Shown: positions 9,634 through 19,678 of the stretch, piece after piece
Numbering within the stretch: the stretch's first letter is position 1
Layout of the letters: each line of letters opens with the position of its first letter
NCBI GenBank assembly: GCA_963703575.1
Contig: CAVPEU010000026.1
Span: forward strand, 65,850 to 129,849
Direction of reading: 5' to 3'
From: an uncultured Chloroflexia bacterium
GTDB taxonomy: Bacteria > Chloroflexota > Limnocylindria > Limnocylindrales > CSP1-4
DNA length: 64,000 bases
Notes under the pieces: generated by a model
What the model was told of the DNA's origin: nothing
What the model saw: only the letters and a program-made list of their open reading frames with translations
Database searches by the model: none
Translations under genes and position numbers: made by a program

Positions 9634-9713
9634 CCCGCCCCCTGCCCGGTCGCCTGGCCCCCGCCCGGTCGCCTGGCCCCCGCCCGGTCGCCTGGCCCCT
9701 GCCCTAAACGCCG
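9634..9713. repeat. Intergenic tandem repeat, 3-4 copies of a 19 bp unit (CCCGCCCGGTCGCCTGGCC)
   Basis: The copies are perfect and lie between the thiolase and the XRE regulator. Confidence 0.8.
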
Positions 9714-9848
9714 GAGCCGAAGACGCCAGGCCCGGCGCCCGCACGCCGAGCCGCGTGGGCCGGGGCCCACGCGGACGGCGCACACGCGTGACGCGTGCGG
9801 CAAACGCGGCGTAAGGCCGCGATGAGTGACGCCGGCCACACTGGCCCC

Positions 9849-10547
9849 ATGTCGGATGTCCATGTCGGCCGAGTGTTCCGCGCGGTGCGCATCCACCTCG
9901 GCAGGCGCCAGCAGGACGTGGCGGACGAGTCGGGCGTCTCGAGGCAGGTCGTGTCGCGGATCGAGTGCGGCCGGCTCGACGACGTCTCCGTTTCGGCGCT
10001 ACGCAAGGTCGCCGACAAGCTGCAGATCCGCCTGGACACTACCGCCCGCTGGCGGGGCGGTGAGCTGGATCGCCTGCTCAATCGGCGCCACGCCGCCCTT
10101 CACGAGGCCGCGCTCGGGATGTTCGCCCAATTGCCTGGCTGGCAGGTCGTGTCCGAGCTGTCGTTCAACGTCTGGGGCGAACGCGGTGTGATCGACCTCG
10201 CGGCGTGGAATCCGGAGCGTCGCGCGCTCGCGCTCGACGAGCTGAAGAGCGAGTTCGTCGACCCCGGTGAGCTCGTCGGGACCATGGACCGGCGACGGCG
10301 CCTGGCCGCCGAGATCGCCAGGTCACGCGGATGGGACCCGGCCATCGTCGGCATGTGGGTCATCGCCGCCGACACGCGCACGAACCGGCGCCACCTGGCA
10401 GCGTCGAGGCGCCTGCTGCGCGGAGCCTTTCCCGCCGATGGCCATGCGATGGCGAAATGGCTGCGGAACCCCGTCGGGCCGATCGCCGGGCTCGCGTTCC
10501 TCCCCGTTCCACGGGTGACCGGCGAGGGCCGGCGCGTCCGCCGGTGA
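9849..10547 (+). CDS. XRE-family (Cro/CI-type HTH) transcriptional regulator with an uncharacterised C-terminal domain
   Basis: RIHLGRRQQDVADESGVSRQVVSRIECGR is an HTH_3 motif. The start is uncertain: Met codons lie at 9795, 9822 and 9849. Confidence 0.55.
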   Translation: MSDVHVGRVFRAVRIHLGRRQQDVADESGVSRQVVSRIECGRLDDVSVSALRKVADKLQIRLDTTARWRGGELDRLLNRRHAALHEAALGMFAQLPGWQVVSELSFNVWGERGVIDLAAWNPERRALALDELKSEFVDPGELVGTMDRRRRLAAEIARSRGWDPAIVGMWVIAADTRTNRRHLAASRRLLRGAFPADGHAMAKWLRNPVGPIAGLAFLPVPRVTGEGRRVRR

Positions 10548-10859
10548 GCCGGCCTTTCGAGGGAGCCACCGGGCGCGGCCGGCCGATAGCGGCGCGGACG
10601 ACGCGGCCGCCCGGGTCGCGGGGGTGCATGACATTCGCTCATCAGGCGGGCACTCGCTGCCGGGACCACCGACCGGTGCCCGGTTCGTGCTGGTCGTGAC
10701 GCTCGAGATGCCCGATACGCCCATGTCAGGGGCAAATGGCAGGCGGCTCCATCGCGACGATCCCCCACCGGTGGCGAGTGCCCTGCGGGCGGGCATGTGG
10801 CAGGAAGGTCCGGGCTCGCGGGCTCGCGGGCTCGGTTGCCCGGCCTGGAGGCCGCGTGA

Positions 10860-10985
10860 CGGCCGGTGGCGGCCGCGCGGACCGGCGGCCGCGTGACGGC
10901 CGGTGCCGTGGTGCGGACCGGCGGCCGCGCGAGATGCGGGTCAGCGCGGAGATGCGGGTCAGCGCGGAGATCCCGGTCAGCGCGG
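10860..10985. repeat. Tandem repeats 3' of hbd: an approximately 36 bp unit x2, then an 18 bp unit (GATGCGGGTCAGCGCGGA) x3
   Basis: Read directly from the sequence. The last copy overlaps the hbd stop codon. Confidence 0.75.
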
Positions 10986-11837
10986 GTAGGTGTGGAACCC
11001 GCGGCCCGTCTTCTGGCCGAGATGGCCGGCCGCGACCAGGTCCTCCAGCACGCGCGGTGGCCGGAAGTGTTCCTGGCCGAACCCCTCGTGCAGCACGCGC
11101 ATCACCCCGAGGCAGACGTCCAGGCCGATGAAGTCCGCCAGCTCCAGCGGGCCCATCGGGTGGTTGAGCCCGACCTTCGCCCCGGTGTCGATGTCCTCGG
11201 CCGTGCCCAGGCCCTCCTCGTAGGCCCGCATCGCCTCCGCCAGGAACGGCATCAGGATCCGGTTGACGATGAACCCCGGCCGGTCCGCGGACGCGATGAC
11301 CTGCTTGCCCAGCTCCGCGGCAAGCGCCCGGACCGCGGCCTCCGTCTCGTCGCTGGTGGCGGAACCGCGGATGAGCTCGATCAGCGGCATCACCGGCACG
11401 GGGCTGAAGAAGTGCATCCCGACGAAGCGGGCTCGCCGCTCCTCGGACACCGCCGCCGCCAGCCGGTCGATCGAGATCGAAGACGTGTTGGAGGCAAAGA
11501 TCGCGCCCGCCGGGGCGATCCCGTCGAGCGCCGCCCACAGGCCGGTCTTCACGTCGACATCCTCGAACACGGCCTCGACCACGAGGTCCGCATCGCCGGC
11601 GGCCGCGAGGTCCGAGGTCGCCGCCAGGCGGGCCAGCGTCGCCTCCCGGGCCTCGGGCGACAGCTTCCCCTTCGCGACCGCCCGGTCGAGGTTGCCGGCG
11701 ATCCGGTCTCGCCCGGCCTGCGCCCGCGCGGGATCCGGCTCGTAGATCGTGACGGCCTTGCCGGTCGCGGCATGGACCTGGGCGATCCCGTGCCCCATCA
11801 GGCCGGCACCGGCGACGAACACGCGCTCCATCGTCAT
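10977..11837 (-). CDS. hbd: 3-hydroxybutyryl-CoA dehydrogenase
   Basis: MTMERVFVAGAGLMGHGIAQV is the NAD-binding GxGxxG motif. Hbd/FadB C-terminal domain signatures include NTSSISI and FFSPVPVMPLIELIRG. An AGGAG ribosome-binding site precedes the ATG. Confidence 0.85.
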   Translation of the reverse strand: MTMERVFVAGAGLMGHGIAQVHAATGKAVTIYEPDPARAQAGRDRIAGNLDRAVAKGKLSPEAREATLARLAATSDLAAAGDADLVVEAVFEDVDVKTGLWAALDGIAPAGAIFASNTSSISIDRLAAAVSEERRARFVGMHFFSPVPVMPLIELIRGSATSDETEAAVRALAAELGKQVIASADRPGFIVNRILMPFLAEAMRAYEEGLGTAEDIDTGAKVGLNHPMGPLELADFIGLDVCLGVMRVLHEGFGQEHFRPPRVLEDLVAAGHLGQKTGRGFHTYPR

Positions 11838-12826
11838 CGTGGCTCCTCGCTGCTCAGGGCGGCCAGCAGGCGGTCCGCCGCCGCATACGGATCCAGGTCG
11901 TGGGTGGCGACCGCCGTGATCGCCGCGTCCGTGGCGGGGGCCATGGGCGCGGCCTCCAGGCGCTCCCACAGCCGCTCGACGACCACCGCCCGCACCTGCG
12001 CCGCCGCACGGGCTCGCCGCGCTGCGGCGGTCGCCCCGTCGCCACCGATGGCGCGATGCCGGTCCAGCGCCACCAGCAGCTCCGGGATCCCCTCGCCGGT
12101 GACCGCGGTCGTGACCAGGACCTCCGGCCGCTTGGGCGCCGGTCGGGCCGGGTCCGCGTCACGCGCGGCCGCCGGGACCAGCATCGCGCGCAGCTGGGCC
12201 GCCGTCCGCTGCGCGCCCGGCCGGTCGCCCTTGTTGACCACGACGATGTCCGCGACCTCGAGCAACCCGGCCTTGATCGCCTGGACCTCGTCGCCCATCT
12301 CGGGTGCCTCGAGGACCACCGTCGTGTCGGCGGCCGCCGCGACCTCGACCTCGCTCTGCCCGGTCCCGACCGTCTCGAGCAGCACGACGTCGAACCCGGC
12401 CGCCGCGAGGACGGCGGCTGCGGCCGTGGAGGTCGCCGCAAGCCCCCCGGCGTGCCCTCGCGAAGCCATCGACCGGATGAACACGCCGTCGTCCGCGGCA
12501 TAGGCCTGCATCCGGACGCGGTCTCCCAGCAGCGCGCCGCCGGTGATCGGCGAGCTCGGGTCCACGGCCACGACGGCGACGGTCCGGCCGGCGCGGCGCA
12601 GCTCCGCGATGAGCGCGGCGACCAGCGTGGACTTGCCGGCGCCCGGCGGACCCGTGATCCCGACCAGGTGCGCGGCACCGGCGAACGGGTACAGCCGGCG
12701 CAGGGCGAACTCGGCCAGCGACGTCCGGTTCTCGACGGCGGTCAGGAGCCGCGCAAGCGCGCGCCGATCCCCGCCGCGCGCGGCGTCGGCAAGGGTCGCG
12801 GCGCGCTCCGCCGACGCGTCCGCCAC
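11834..12826 (-). CDS. meaB: Methylmalonyl-CoA mutase-associated G-protein chaperone (MeaB/ArgK family)
   Basis: GITGPPGAGKST is a P-loop. The MeaB-like layout includes VVNKGD. The probable GTG start at 12826 overlaps the hbd start by 4 nt. Confidence 0.8.
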   Translation of the reverse strand: MADASAERAATLADAARGGDRRALARLLTAVENRTSLAEFALRRLYPFAGAAHLVGITGPPGAGKSTLVAALIAELRRAGRTVAVVAVDPSSPITGGALLGDRVRMQAYAADDGVFIRSMASRGHAGGLAATSTAAAAVLAAAGFDVVLLETVGTGQSEVEVAAAADTTVVLEAPEMGDEVQAIKAGLLEVADIVVVNKGDRPGAQRTAAQLRAMLVPAAARDADPARPAPKRPEVLVTTAVTGEGIPELLVALDRHRAIGGDGATAAARRARAAAQVRAVVVERLWERLEAAPMAPATDAAITAVATHDLDPYAAADRLLAALSSEEPR

Positions 12827-12836
12827 GTTACGCGCG

Positions 12837-13241
12837 CTACTCGCGCGGCTTCGCGTTCGCCCGGATGAACTCGGCGACCTCGCGGATCGTCGTTCCCGGC
12901 CCGAACACCCCCGCCACGCCCGCAGCCTTGAGCGGCTCGACGTCATCGTCCGGGATGATCCCGCCGACGGTCACCAGGACGTCGTTCAGGCCTCGCTCGC
13001 GTAGCTGCGCGCACACCCGGGGCACGAGCGTCATGTGGGCGCCCGACAGGATCGACAGGCCCACCACGTCGACGTCCTCCTGGAGCGCCGCGGTCACGAT
13101 CATCTCGGGTGTCTGGCGAAGGCCCGTGTACACGACCTCGAAGCCCTCGTCGCGGAGGCCGCGCGCGAGCACCTTGGCGCCGCGATCGTGGCCGTCGAGG
13201 CCGGGCTTCGCGATCAGGACCTTGAGCGGTCGATCGGTCAT
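12837..13241 (-). CDS. B12-binding small subunit of a split acyl-CoA mutase (IcmB/HcmB/MCM C-terminal-domain-like)
   Basis: [49 protein letters not shown] carries the DxHxxG cobalamin-binding motif. Confidence 0.8.
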   Translation of the reverse strand: MTDRPLKVLIAKPGLDGHDRGAKVLARGLRDEGFEVVYTGLRQTPEMIVTAALQEDVDVVGLSILSGAHMTLVPRVCAQLRERGLNDVLVTVGGIIPDDDVEPLKAAGVAGVFGPGTTIREVAEFIRANAKPRE

Positions 13242-13326
13242 GCGCCGATCGTACATCGAGCCCGGGGTCGTGGAGACCCCGGGCTCGAAGGGTTGCGCGT
13301 TCACCCGGCCGATGCCGGGCGCTGAC

Positions 13327-14442
13327 CTACCAGGCGATCCGGAGCACCTGGCCCTGGTGCGGGAAGACGCCGAAGTTCGAGACGTACGCGGCACCGTCGG
13401 GACCGACCGCGACGCCGCCGGGCGCGACCAGGCCGTCCGTCAGCAGCGTGTGCTGCGTCCCGTCCTCCGCGACGCGGACCAGGCGGCCGGTCGGGTCACC
13501 CGACAGCAGGCTGTTGGCCGCGATCTCCAGCACCAGAAGGCTGCCGTCCCGCGCGAAGGCGAGGTCGATGATGTTCGTGAACCCTGTCGCGAACACCTCG
13601 GGCGCATGCCCGGGGACGACCCGGAACACCTTCGCGGCACCCACCGGGAACGGAAACCCCGTCAGCTCGCCCACGTACCAGGCGCCGTCGGGACCCCGGA
13701 CGACCGAGTTCGGGACGGCCTGCATCGGGATCATCGTCCCGGCCGGCAGCCCGAGGAACGCGGGGGCGTCCACCATCGTGTCGGGGAAGACCGCCAGCGT
13801 GGACACGTGCCGGTTGGGCGTCACCCACAGCAGCGCGTTCGCGCCCGCATCGGCGACGGCCACGCCCTGCGGCGAGCCGGCCGCCGAGTAGGGGTTGGTA
13901 TCGTAGGCGCCGCCGTCCGGGTTTGCCAGGCGCTCGTACGCCGACACGTCTGCCCAGCGCGCCCACGCACCGGTGCGCAGGTTCGCGCGGACCAGCCACC
14001 CGGCCGCCTGCACCTCGGCGGGCAGTCCCGCCCGGACGTCAGGATCCGCGCCGAGGTTGATCGGCACGTAGGCGTTGCCGAGGCCACGGAACGTGACATC
14101 GCTGGGCCCGCCGGCCGAGAAGCCGGCGGGGTCGGCCGCGGACGGCAACCCGGTGACGACCCGGCGCTGCGATCCGGCACTGATGCGGGTGATCGCACCA
14201 CTCAGGCCGAAGCATTGCTGGCCTTCGGGGCCCTGCCGGCACGCGAGGTCGCCCCCGACCCCCGCCTCCGCGACATACAGGGCACCGTCCGGACCGAACG
14301 CCAGGCCGCGCGGGTTGTCGAGGCCGCTGGCAACAACCTGGACCGATGGTCCGGCCGCGCTGACTGGTACGGCCGCGATCGCCAGTGCCATGAGGGCGCT
14401 GGCAAGCGCGGCGAAAGCTGGATGCCTGGGACGCAGCGGCAC
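13327..14442 (-). CDS. Secreted ScyD/ScyE-like beta-propeller protein
   Basis: A signal peptide ([26 protein letters not shown]) is followed by [21 protein letters not shown] repeats. The GTG start at 14442 has an AGGAGG site 5 nt upstream. Confidence 0.55.
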   Translation of the reverse strand: MPLRPRHPAFAALASALMALAIAAVPVSAAGPSVQVVASGLDNPRGLAFGPDGALYVAEAGVGGDLACRQGPEGQQCFGLSGAITRISAGSQRRVVTGLPSAADPAGFSAGGPSDVTFRGLGNAYVPINLGADPDVRAGLPAEVQAAGWLVRANLRTGAWARWADVSAYERLANPDGGAYDTNPYSAAGSPQGVAVADAGANALLWVTPNRHVSTLAVFPDTMVDAPAFLGLPAGTMIPMQAVPNSVVRGPDGAWYVGELTGFPFPVGAAKVFRVVPGHAPEVFATGFTNIIDLAFARDGSLLVLEIAANSLLSGDPTGRLVRVAEDGTQHTLLTDGLVAPGGVAVGPDGAAYVSNFGVFPHQGQVLRIAW

Positions 14443-14646
14443 CGTGTTCCTCCTGAGCTCCGGGACGGGCGGGGCTCGCCATTGGCTCGACGCGACCCGA
14501 GCGATCCGGGTTGTGGGTCGCGCGTCAACGCCTCCCGTCGGGGAACGCGGCGGAGTATGCGGGATCGGGTGATGCTGCGCCCACGCAGACCACGTGGTGC
14601 AACGGAGTCCGGTGCGCGGACGCACCGATCGCCGGCTGCGCCCGCG

Positions 14647-15330
14647 TCAGGCGCCCGGCGCCGGCCGCCCGATGTGCGCGAAGAACTCCGCGCGGGTCTT
14701 GTCGTTGCGCCGGAACAGCCCCAGCACCGCGGCGGTCGTCATCACCGTGCCCGGCTTGCGGACCCCGCGCATCGCCGCGCACAGGTGCGTCGCCTCGAGC
14801 ACGACGCCGACCCCCTTGGGCGCCAGGCGCTCCATCAGGAAGACCGCCACCTGCTGGGTCATCCGCTCCTGCACCTGGAGCCGCCGCGCGTACATCTCCA
14901 CGATCCGCGGGATCTTGGACAGCCCGATCACCCGCCCGTCCGGCACGTAGGCGACGTGGGCGTTGCCGAAGAACGGGAGCATGTGGTGCTCGCACAGCGA
15001 GTAGAACGGGATGTCCTTGACGACCACCATCTCCGAGTAGTTCACGTCGAACACGGCGTGATTGATCAGGCGGTCGGGGTCCACGTGGTACCCGGCCGTC
15101 AGCTCCTGGTACATCCGGTGCATCCGGTCCGGTGTCGCACGCAGCCCGTCCCGGCTCGGGTCCTCGCCGATCTCGACCAGGATCTGGCGCACGGCCGTCT
15201 CGATCCTGCCGTTCGTGCCGGCGCGGGGCGGCGACGGGACGGTCTCCTCGTCGCCGATCTCGTTCTCGATCTCCTCGACGATGAGGCGCACGTGATCGGG
15301 GAGGTCGCGGTTCTCGGGTCGATCGGTCAT
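14647..15330 (-). CDS. folE: GTP cyclohydrolase I
   Basis: [43 protein letters not shown] and CEHHM are FolE active-site signatures. Confidence 0.9.
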   Translation of the reverse strand: MTDRPENRDLPDHVRLIVEEIENEIGDEETVPSPPRAGTNGRIETAVRQILVEIGEDPSRDGLRATPDRMHRMYQELTAGYHVDPDRLINHAVFDVNYSEMVVVKDIPFYSLCEHHMLPFFGNAHVAYVPDGRVIGLSKIPRIVEMYARRLQVQERMTQQVAVFLMERLAPKGVGVVLEATHLCAAMRGVRKPGTVMTTAAVLGLFRRNDKTRAEFFAHIGRPAPGA

Positions 15331-15369
15331 CGTCGGGCGATGGTAGCGCGGGCGCGGGCGTGAGGTCCC

Positions 15370-15575
15370 GACGTGAGGCGCCGGGCGCGAGGCGCGGGCG
15401 ACTGGCTGCCGCCGGACGTGAGGCGCCGGGCGCGAGGCGCGGGCGACTGGCTGCCGCCGGACGTGAGGCGCCGGGCGCGAGGCGCGGGCGACTGGCTGCC
15501 GCCGACACGCTGCCCCGACACGCTGCGCCGACACGCTGCCGCCGACGCGCTGCCGCTGCCGACACGCTGCCAACA
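15370..15575. repeat. Perfect 45 bp x3 tandem repeat (15370-15504), then about 5 copies of a degenerate 12-13 bp unit (ACACGCTGCCGCCG)
   Basis: The block begins 40 bp upstream of the folE ATG. The 45-mers are identical and in frame with folE, encoding [15 protein letters not shown] x3. Confidence 0.85.
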
Positions 15576-15813
15576 CCTTCATGCCATGCGCTCCCCGGAC
15601 GGGCACTCGCCAGCGATTCCGGGGTGCCCCGCGCTGTGGGCCTGACGTTCGTCCACGAGGCGGGCATTACACGACGTTCAAGTCCGGTCCGGATGCCTGG
15701 CGAGGCGCAAGCCGACCTCGACGGTGGCGAGTGCCCGCGTGGCGAGCACATGGCACGCGCACACCGCACGATCGGCGATCCCGTCCTGCCCCGGCTCGTG
15801 CGGCCCCGCACCG

Positions 15814-16785
15814 TCAGGGGCCGGCCGGCTCCAGGATCGCGGCGGCCACCTCGGCGGGGCGGTAGCGCATGAGGTTGTGGGCATCGAACGGGAAGCCGGC
15901 CGCGCGGAGCGGCGGGCGGCCTGCCGTCCCGCGCGCCGCCGCCGTCCGTCGAAGCTCGTCCATTCGAGCCTCCGCATCACCGGCCCCGAGCGCGACCAGG
16001 GCCGTCACCGGGGCCGCCACCGCCGCCACGACGACCGACGGCTGGTACGCGAACATCGTCCGGACCATCTGCTCCACCACGAACGGCCGCACCGCGCGCA
16101 CGACGTGCCCGGCGGCGGTCTCGACCACCGAATCCCGCGCGGACCGCTCCTGGTCCGCGTCCCAGGTGGTCGGATCGAAGTCGCGGCGGTCGGCGAGGTA
16201 GGCCGCCATCGAGCGCATCACCTCCGGTGGCTCGTCGAGGCCGCGCAGGAACTCGCCCACGTCCTGGTCGGTCGTGACCTCGAGCCGCTCCCAGCCTCCG
16301 TCCACGAGGACCAGGCCCGCGCACCGGGAGCCCAGCCGCGCGGCCGCTGCCGCGGCGACGGTCCCCCCGAACCCGTGGCCGGCCACCGTGACCGGAGCGC
16401 CCTGCTCGACGAGCAGCCCCGACCCCTCGGCCACGGCGATCACATCGGCCGCCAGGGTGTCGAGGTCGTAGCCATCCATGGGCGCGTCCGACAGGCCCTG
16501 GCCGCGCAGGTCGGCGACGACCGTCCGCCGGGCGTGGACCAGCCGGCGCGCCACCGGTGTCCAGCTGCTCGCCGGCTGGAGCAGCCCCGGCACGAGGAGC
16601 ACGCCGCCGCTGCCGGGGCCGGCCGCCGGATCGCTCCAGTCGAGGAAGTGGAGCCGCACGTCCGCGTCGGCGACGACCATGAAGCCCTGGGGCACGGCTC
16701 CCGGATCCGGAACCGGGGCGGCGGACGGGTCCGGCGACCACGGGCGGACGATCTCGCCCGGATCGACGCCAGGAGGCACGGTCAT
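15814..16785 (-). CDS. Alpha/beta-fold hydrolase
   Basis: A GHGFGG nucleophile elbow sits in a typical hydrolase context. The start is MTVPPGVDPG. Confidence 0.7.
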   Translation of the reverse strand: MTVPPGVDPGEIVRPWSPDPSAAPVPDPGAVPQGFMVVADADVRLHFLDWSDPAAGPGSGGVLLVPGLLQPASSWTPVARRLVHARRTVVADLRGQGLSDAPMDGYDLDTLAADVIAVAEGSGLLVEQGAPVTVAGHGFGGTVAAAAAARLGSRCAGLVLVDGGWERLEVTTDQDVGEFLRGLDEPPEVMRSMAAYLADRRDFDPTTWDADQERSARDSVVETAAGHVVRAVRPFVVEQMVRTMFAYQPSVVVAAVAAPVTALVALGAGDAEARMDELRRTAAARGTAGRPPLRAAGFPFDAHNLMRYRPAEVAAAILEPAGP

Positions 16786-16806
16786 CGCCGCTAGGATACG
16801 GGCGCC

Positions 16807-17226
16807 ATGACCAAGCGCCGCCGTGGGTCCAGGTTCGCCGACCGACGGCCCCGCGCCGCCCGACACGAGCGCTTCGACCGCCTCGTGGATCGCGCGGTCG
16901 CGGGCATTCCCTCCCCGTTCCGGGCGGCGCTCGACGAGATCGCGCTGGTCATCGCGGACGAGCCGACTCGCGAGCAGCGCCGCGAGAACGGCCTCGGCCC
17001 CGACGAGATGCTGTACGGCCTGTACGAGGGGATCCCGCGGACCGAGTGGGGTGCGGACTGGGTCCCGATCCCGACCCGCATCGTCATCTTCCGGTTGCCG
17101 CTGGAGGAGGACTTCCCGGATCCCGACGACCTCGCCGACGAGGTCCGGATCACCATCCTCCACGAGCTCGCGCACCACCTGGGCATCGACGACGAGGGCC
17201 ACCTGGCGGACCTCGGGATCGATTGA
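16807..17226 (+). CDS. Zinc metallopeptidase family protein (zincin-like small protein)
   Basis: It contains a C-terminal HELAHHLGIDDE (HExxH) motif. It is divergently transcribed from the hydrolase. Confidence 0.7.
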   Translation: MTKRRRGSRFADRRPRAARHERFDRLVDRAVAGIPSPFRAALDEIALVIADEPTREQRRENGLGPDEMLYGLYEGIPRTEWGADWVPIPTRIVIFRLPLEEDFPDPDDLADEVRITILHELAHHLGIDDEGHLADLGID

Positions 17227-17349
17227 ACCGGTGCGGCTCCGGTAAACCCGCGCGGCGCCGGCGAGCGGCGCCCGGGGCCTGACGGGCGGCCACGCGCATC
17301 GCGCCCGGGCAAGCGGCGCCCGGGCCGGGCGAGCGGCGCCCGGGCCTGC

Positions 17350-18564
17350 CTACGCCTGGACCGGCAGCGAGAGGATCCCGCCCACCAGCGCGAGCAGCGC
17401 GATCGCCGCCCCGATCGCGAGCCCCGGCGTGACGAACGGATCCCACGCCCGGCGCACGGGAAGTGGCTCTCGGCGACCCAGCTCCAGGCCGCGCGTGTAG
17501 TGCGTCAGGGCCGCGAACGCGTAGACGGCGGGTGCCGCCGCGATCGCCTCCACCAGGAACGTGAGCGTGCCCAGCGCGAACACGAGCGCGGCGCCAACCG
17601 GCACCGCGAGCGCTGGCGGGACACCATGCTGCAGGCCGGCCCCGATCGCCACCCGGAACACGGTATCCAGCCCGACGCTGAGCCCGAGGACCACGATGAG
17701 CTGCGACAGCACCCCGAACAGCATCACCAGCACCGCCAGCGGGGGACGCGCCCCCACCAGGCGCAACGAGCGGCGGATGGCGTCCACGATCCCCACCTCG
17801 CCGATGACGATCCCGGCCGTCACGTACACGAAGGGCGCCCCCGCGAGAAGCCCGACGGCCAGCGAGATCCCGAAATCCACGGCCGCCACCGGCCCGATCA
17901 GGGCGTCCGCGACGGAGCTGGCCGCCAGCGTCGCGGACGAGGTGACGGTGCCGACCACCAGCTGGGCGCCGAGCACGCGCCAGAACCGTCGCCTCACGAC
18001 GGCGATCGACTCGCGGAGCCGGAGCGGCCGGCCCTCGGCGCGTCCACCGATGACCGCCGTGGCGAGCACGCGTGCATCCACGCTTGCCGCCAGGTAGCCC
18101 GGCACCGCGGGGAGCACCGCGAGCCCCAGCCAGCCCGCCCAGGCGCCGGGCTCCACGTTCGCCGCGAGCGCATCGTCGCCCACCGTCAGCAGGACCAGCC
18201 CGAACAGGATCGCGAGCGGACCGACCGTCAGCAGCATCACGAAGCCGATGTAGAAGGAGGCGGAACGCAGCCCGGCGTCGGTCCGGGTCAGCAGGTCCAG
18301 GGCGGTCGCGACCAGCCGGCGCGTGCCCAGCGGAATCGACAGGACAGCCTCGCTCACGATGGGCGCCGCGGTCGCGGCGGCACCCGACGACACGGGCGAC
18401 GAAGGAGGCAGCAACGGGCCCACGAACGTGCCGTCGAACACGCTTCGCACGGGCACGACCGGCGGCGCAGGCTGCGGAGGCTGCGACAACGGGACCGCGG
18501 GAGCCTCCGCGGCTGCCTCCGCGGCGGCCTCCGCGCGAGCCTCCGCCACATGCTCCCCGCTCAT
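17350..18564 (-). CDS. Polytopic membrane protein of unknown function
   Basis: About 8 predicted hydrophobic helices. The N-terminus is AEA-rich (AEARAEAAAEAAAEAPA). It overlaps the upstream threonine dehydratase gene by 4 nt. Confidence 0.5.
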   Translation of the reverse strand: MSGEHVAEARAEAAAEAAAEAPAVPLSQPPQPAPPVVPVRSVFDGTFVGPLLPPSSPVSSGAAATAAPIVSEAVLSIPLGTRRLVATALDLLTRTDAGLRSASFYIGFVMLLTVGPLAILFGLVLLTVGDDALAANVEPGAWAGWLGLAVLPAVPGYLAASVDARVLATAVIGGRAEGRPLRLRESIAVVRRRFWRVLGAQLVVGTVTSSATLAASSVADALIGPVAAVDFGISLAVGLLAGAPFVYVTAGIVIGEVGIVDAIRRSLRLVGARPPLAVLVMLFGVLSQLIVVLGLSVGLDTVFRVAIGAGLQHGVPPALAVPVGAALVFALGTLTFLVEAIAAAPAVYAFAALTHYTRGLELGRREPLPVRRAWDPFVTPGLAIGAAIALLALVGGILSLPVQA

Positions 18565-19577
18565 CGGTCCGCGGCAAGCGGCCCGGCGGCGGCGACCAGG
18601 TCCGCCAGCCGGTCGATCGCGACGTTCCCGCCGGACAGGATCACGCACACCCGGTCACCGCCCCTGAGCGGGATCGCGCCCGACAGCACGGCGGCAAGCG
18701 CGGCCGCGCCGGCCGGCTCGACCACCTGCTTGAGCCGCTCCAGGGCGAACCGGAGCCCGGCCAGGATCGTCGCGTCATCGACCAGGACGACGTCGTCGAC
18801 GTACCGCCGCGCGATGTCGATCGCGAGCACGCCGGCCTCGGCCGCACCCAGGCCGTCCGCGACGCTGTGCGGCGTGATCCGTACCGGCTCACCGGCATCG
18901 ATCCCCCTGCGCAGGGCGTCCGAGTTCACGGGCTCCACGCCGTACATGCGCACCGACGGACGGCTCTCCTTGAGCGCCACGGCCAGCCCGCCGATCAGCC
19001 CCCCACCGCCGACGGCCACGACGACGACGTCCACGTCCGGCAGGTCCTCCAGGATCTCCAGGCCGCACGACCCGTTCCCGATCAGCACTTCGGGATCGTC
19101 GTAGGGGTGGACCAGGGTGAGGCCGCGCTCCGCGCGCAGCTGCTCGACGTAGGCGGCTGACTCCCCCACGTGGGCGCCGTGGAGCACGACGTCGGCGCCG
19201 TACTCCAGGCAGGCGGCCACCTTGGACGCGACGGCGCCCTCCGGCATCACCACCGTGACCGGGACGCCGGCCTCACGTCCGGCCCACGCGTAGGCCTGGC
19301 CGGCATTCCCGGCCGAGATCGTGACCGCGCCCCGCCGGCGCTCTTCCGGCGTGAGCGTGGACATCCGCGCGAGGGCCGCCCGCGGCTTGAACGAACCCGT
19401 CTTCTGGAGGTGCTCCGCCTTGAGATACAGCCGCCCGTCGCCGAGCGACGTGCCCGAGGCAGCGCCGGCCACGCGGGCCGCCGTCGCCGATGACAGCATC
19501 GGGGTGTGGTGGACGCGGCCGCGCAACAGCACCCGCATCTCGCGGATCGCGGCCAGGTCCACGCGCAGATCGGTCAT
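18561..19577 (-). CDS. Threonine dehydratase / threonine ammonia-lyase (PLP-dependent)
   Basis: KAEHLQKTGSFKPRAA contains the PLP-lysine motif. GGGGLIGG is a glycine-rich loop. Confidence 0.85.
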   Translation of the reverse strand: MTDLRVDLAAIREMRVLLRGRVHHTPMLSSATAARVAGAASGTSLGDGRLYLKAEHLQKTGSFKPRAALARMSTLTPEERRRGAVTISAGNAGQAYAWAGREAGVPVTVVMPEGAVASKVAACLEYGADVVLHGAHVGESAAYVEQLRAERGLTLVHPYDDPEVLIGNGSCGLEILEDLPDVDVVVVAVGGGGLIGGLAVALKESRPSVRMYGVEPVNSDALRRGIDAGEPVRITPHSVADGLGAAEAGVLAIDIARRYVDDVVLVDDATILAGLRFALERLKQVVEPAGAAALAAVLSGAIPLRGGDRVCVILSGGNVAIDRLADLVAAAGPLAADR

Positions 19578-19678
19578 GGCCGCGAGTATGCGACGGCCCC
19601 CGGCCGTTCACACGGGCTCGATTCACGCGGCCCCACAGACCACTTGCGTTGTTGCGCAATTAGTGACAGACTGGCGTC

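Noticed and set aside
9303-9713. Possible CRISPR array.
   Set aside because: The repeats abut one another with no unique spacers. The units are 19 bp and degenerate. No cas genes are present.
14647-15606. Longer folE starting upstream (MKV...), which would include the 45-bp repeats as coding sequence.
   Set aside because: FolE from MTDRPENRD already has normal length. The upstream extension is low-complexity and repeat-encoded. It is kept only as an alternative in the findings.
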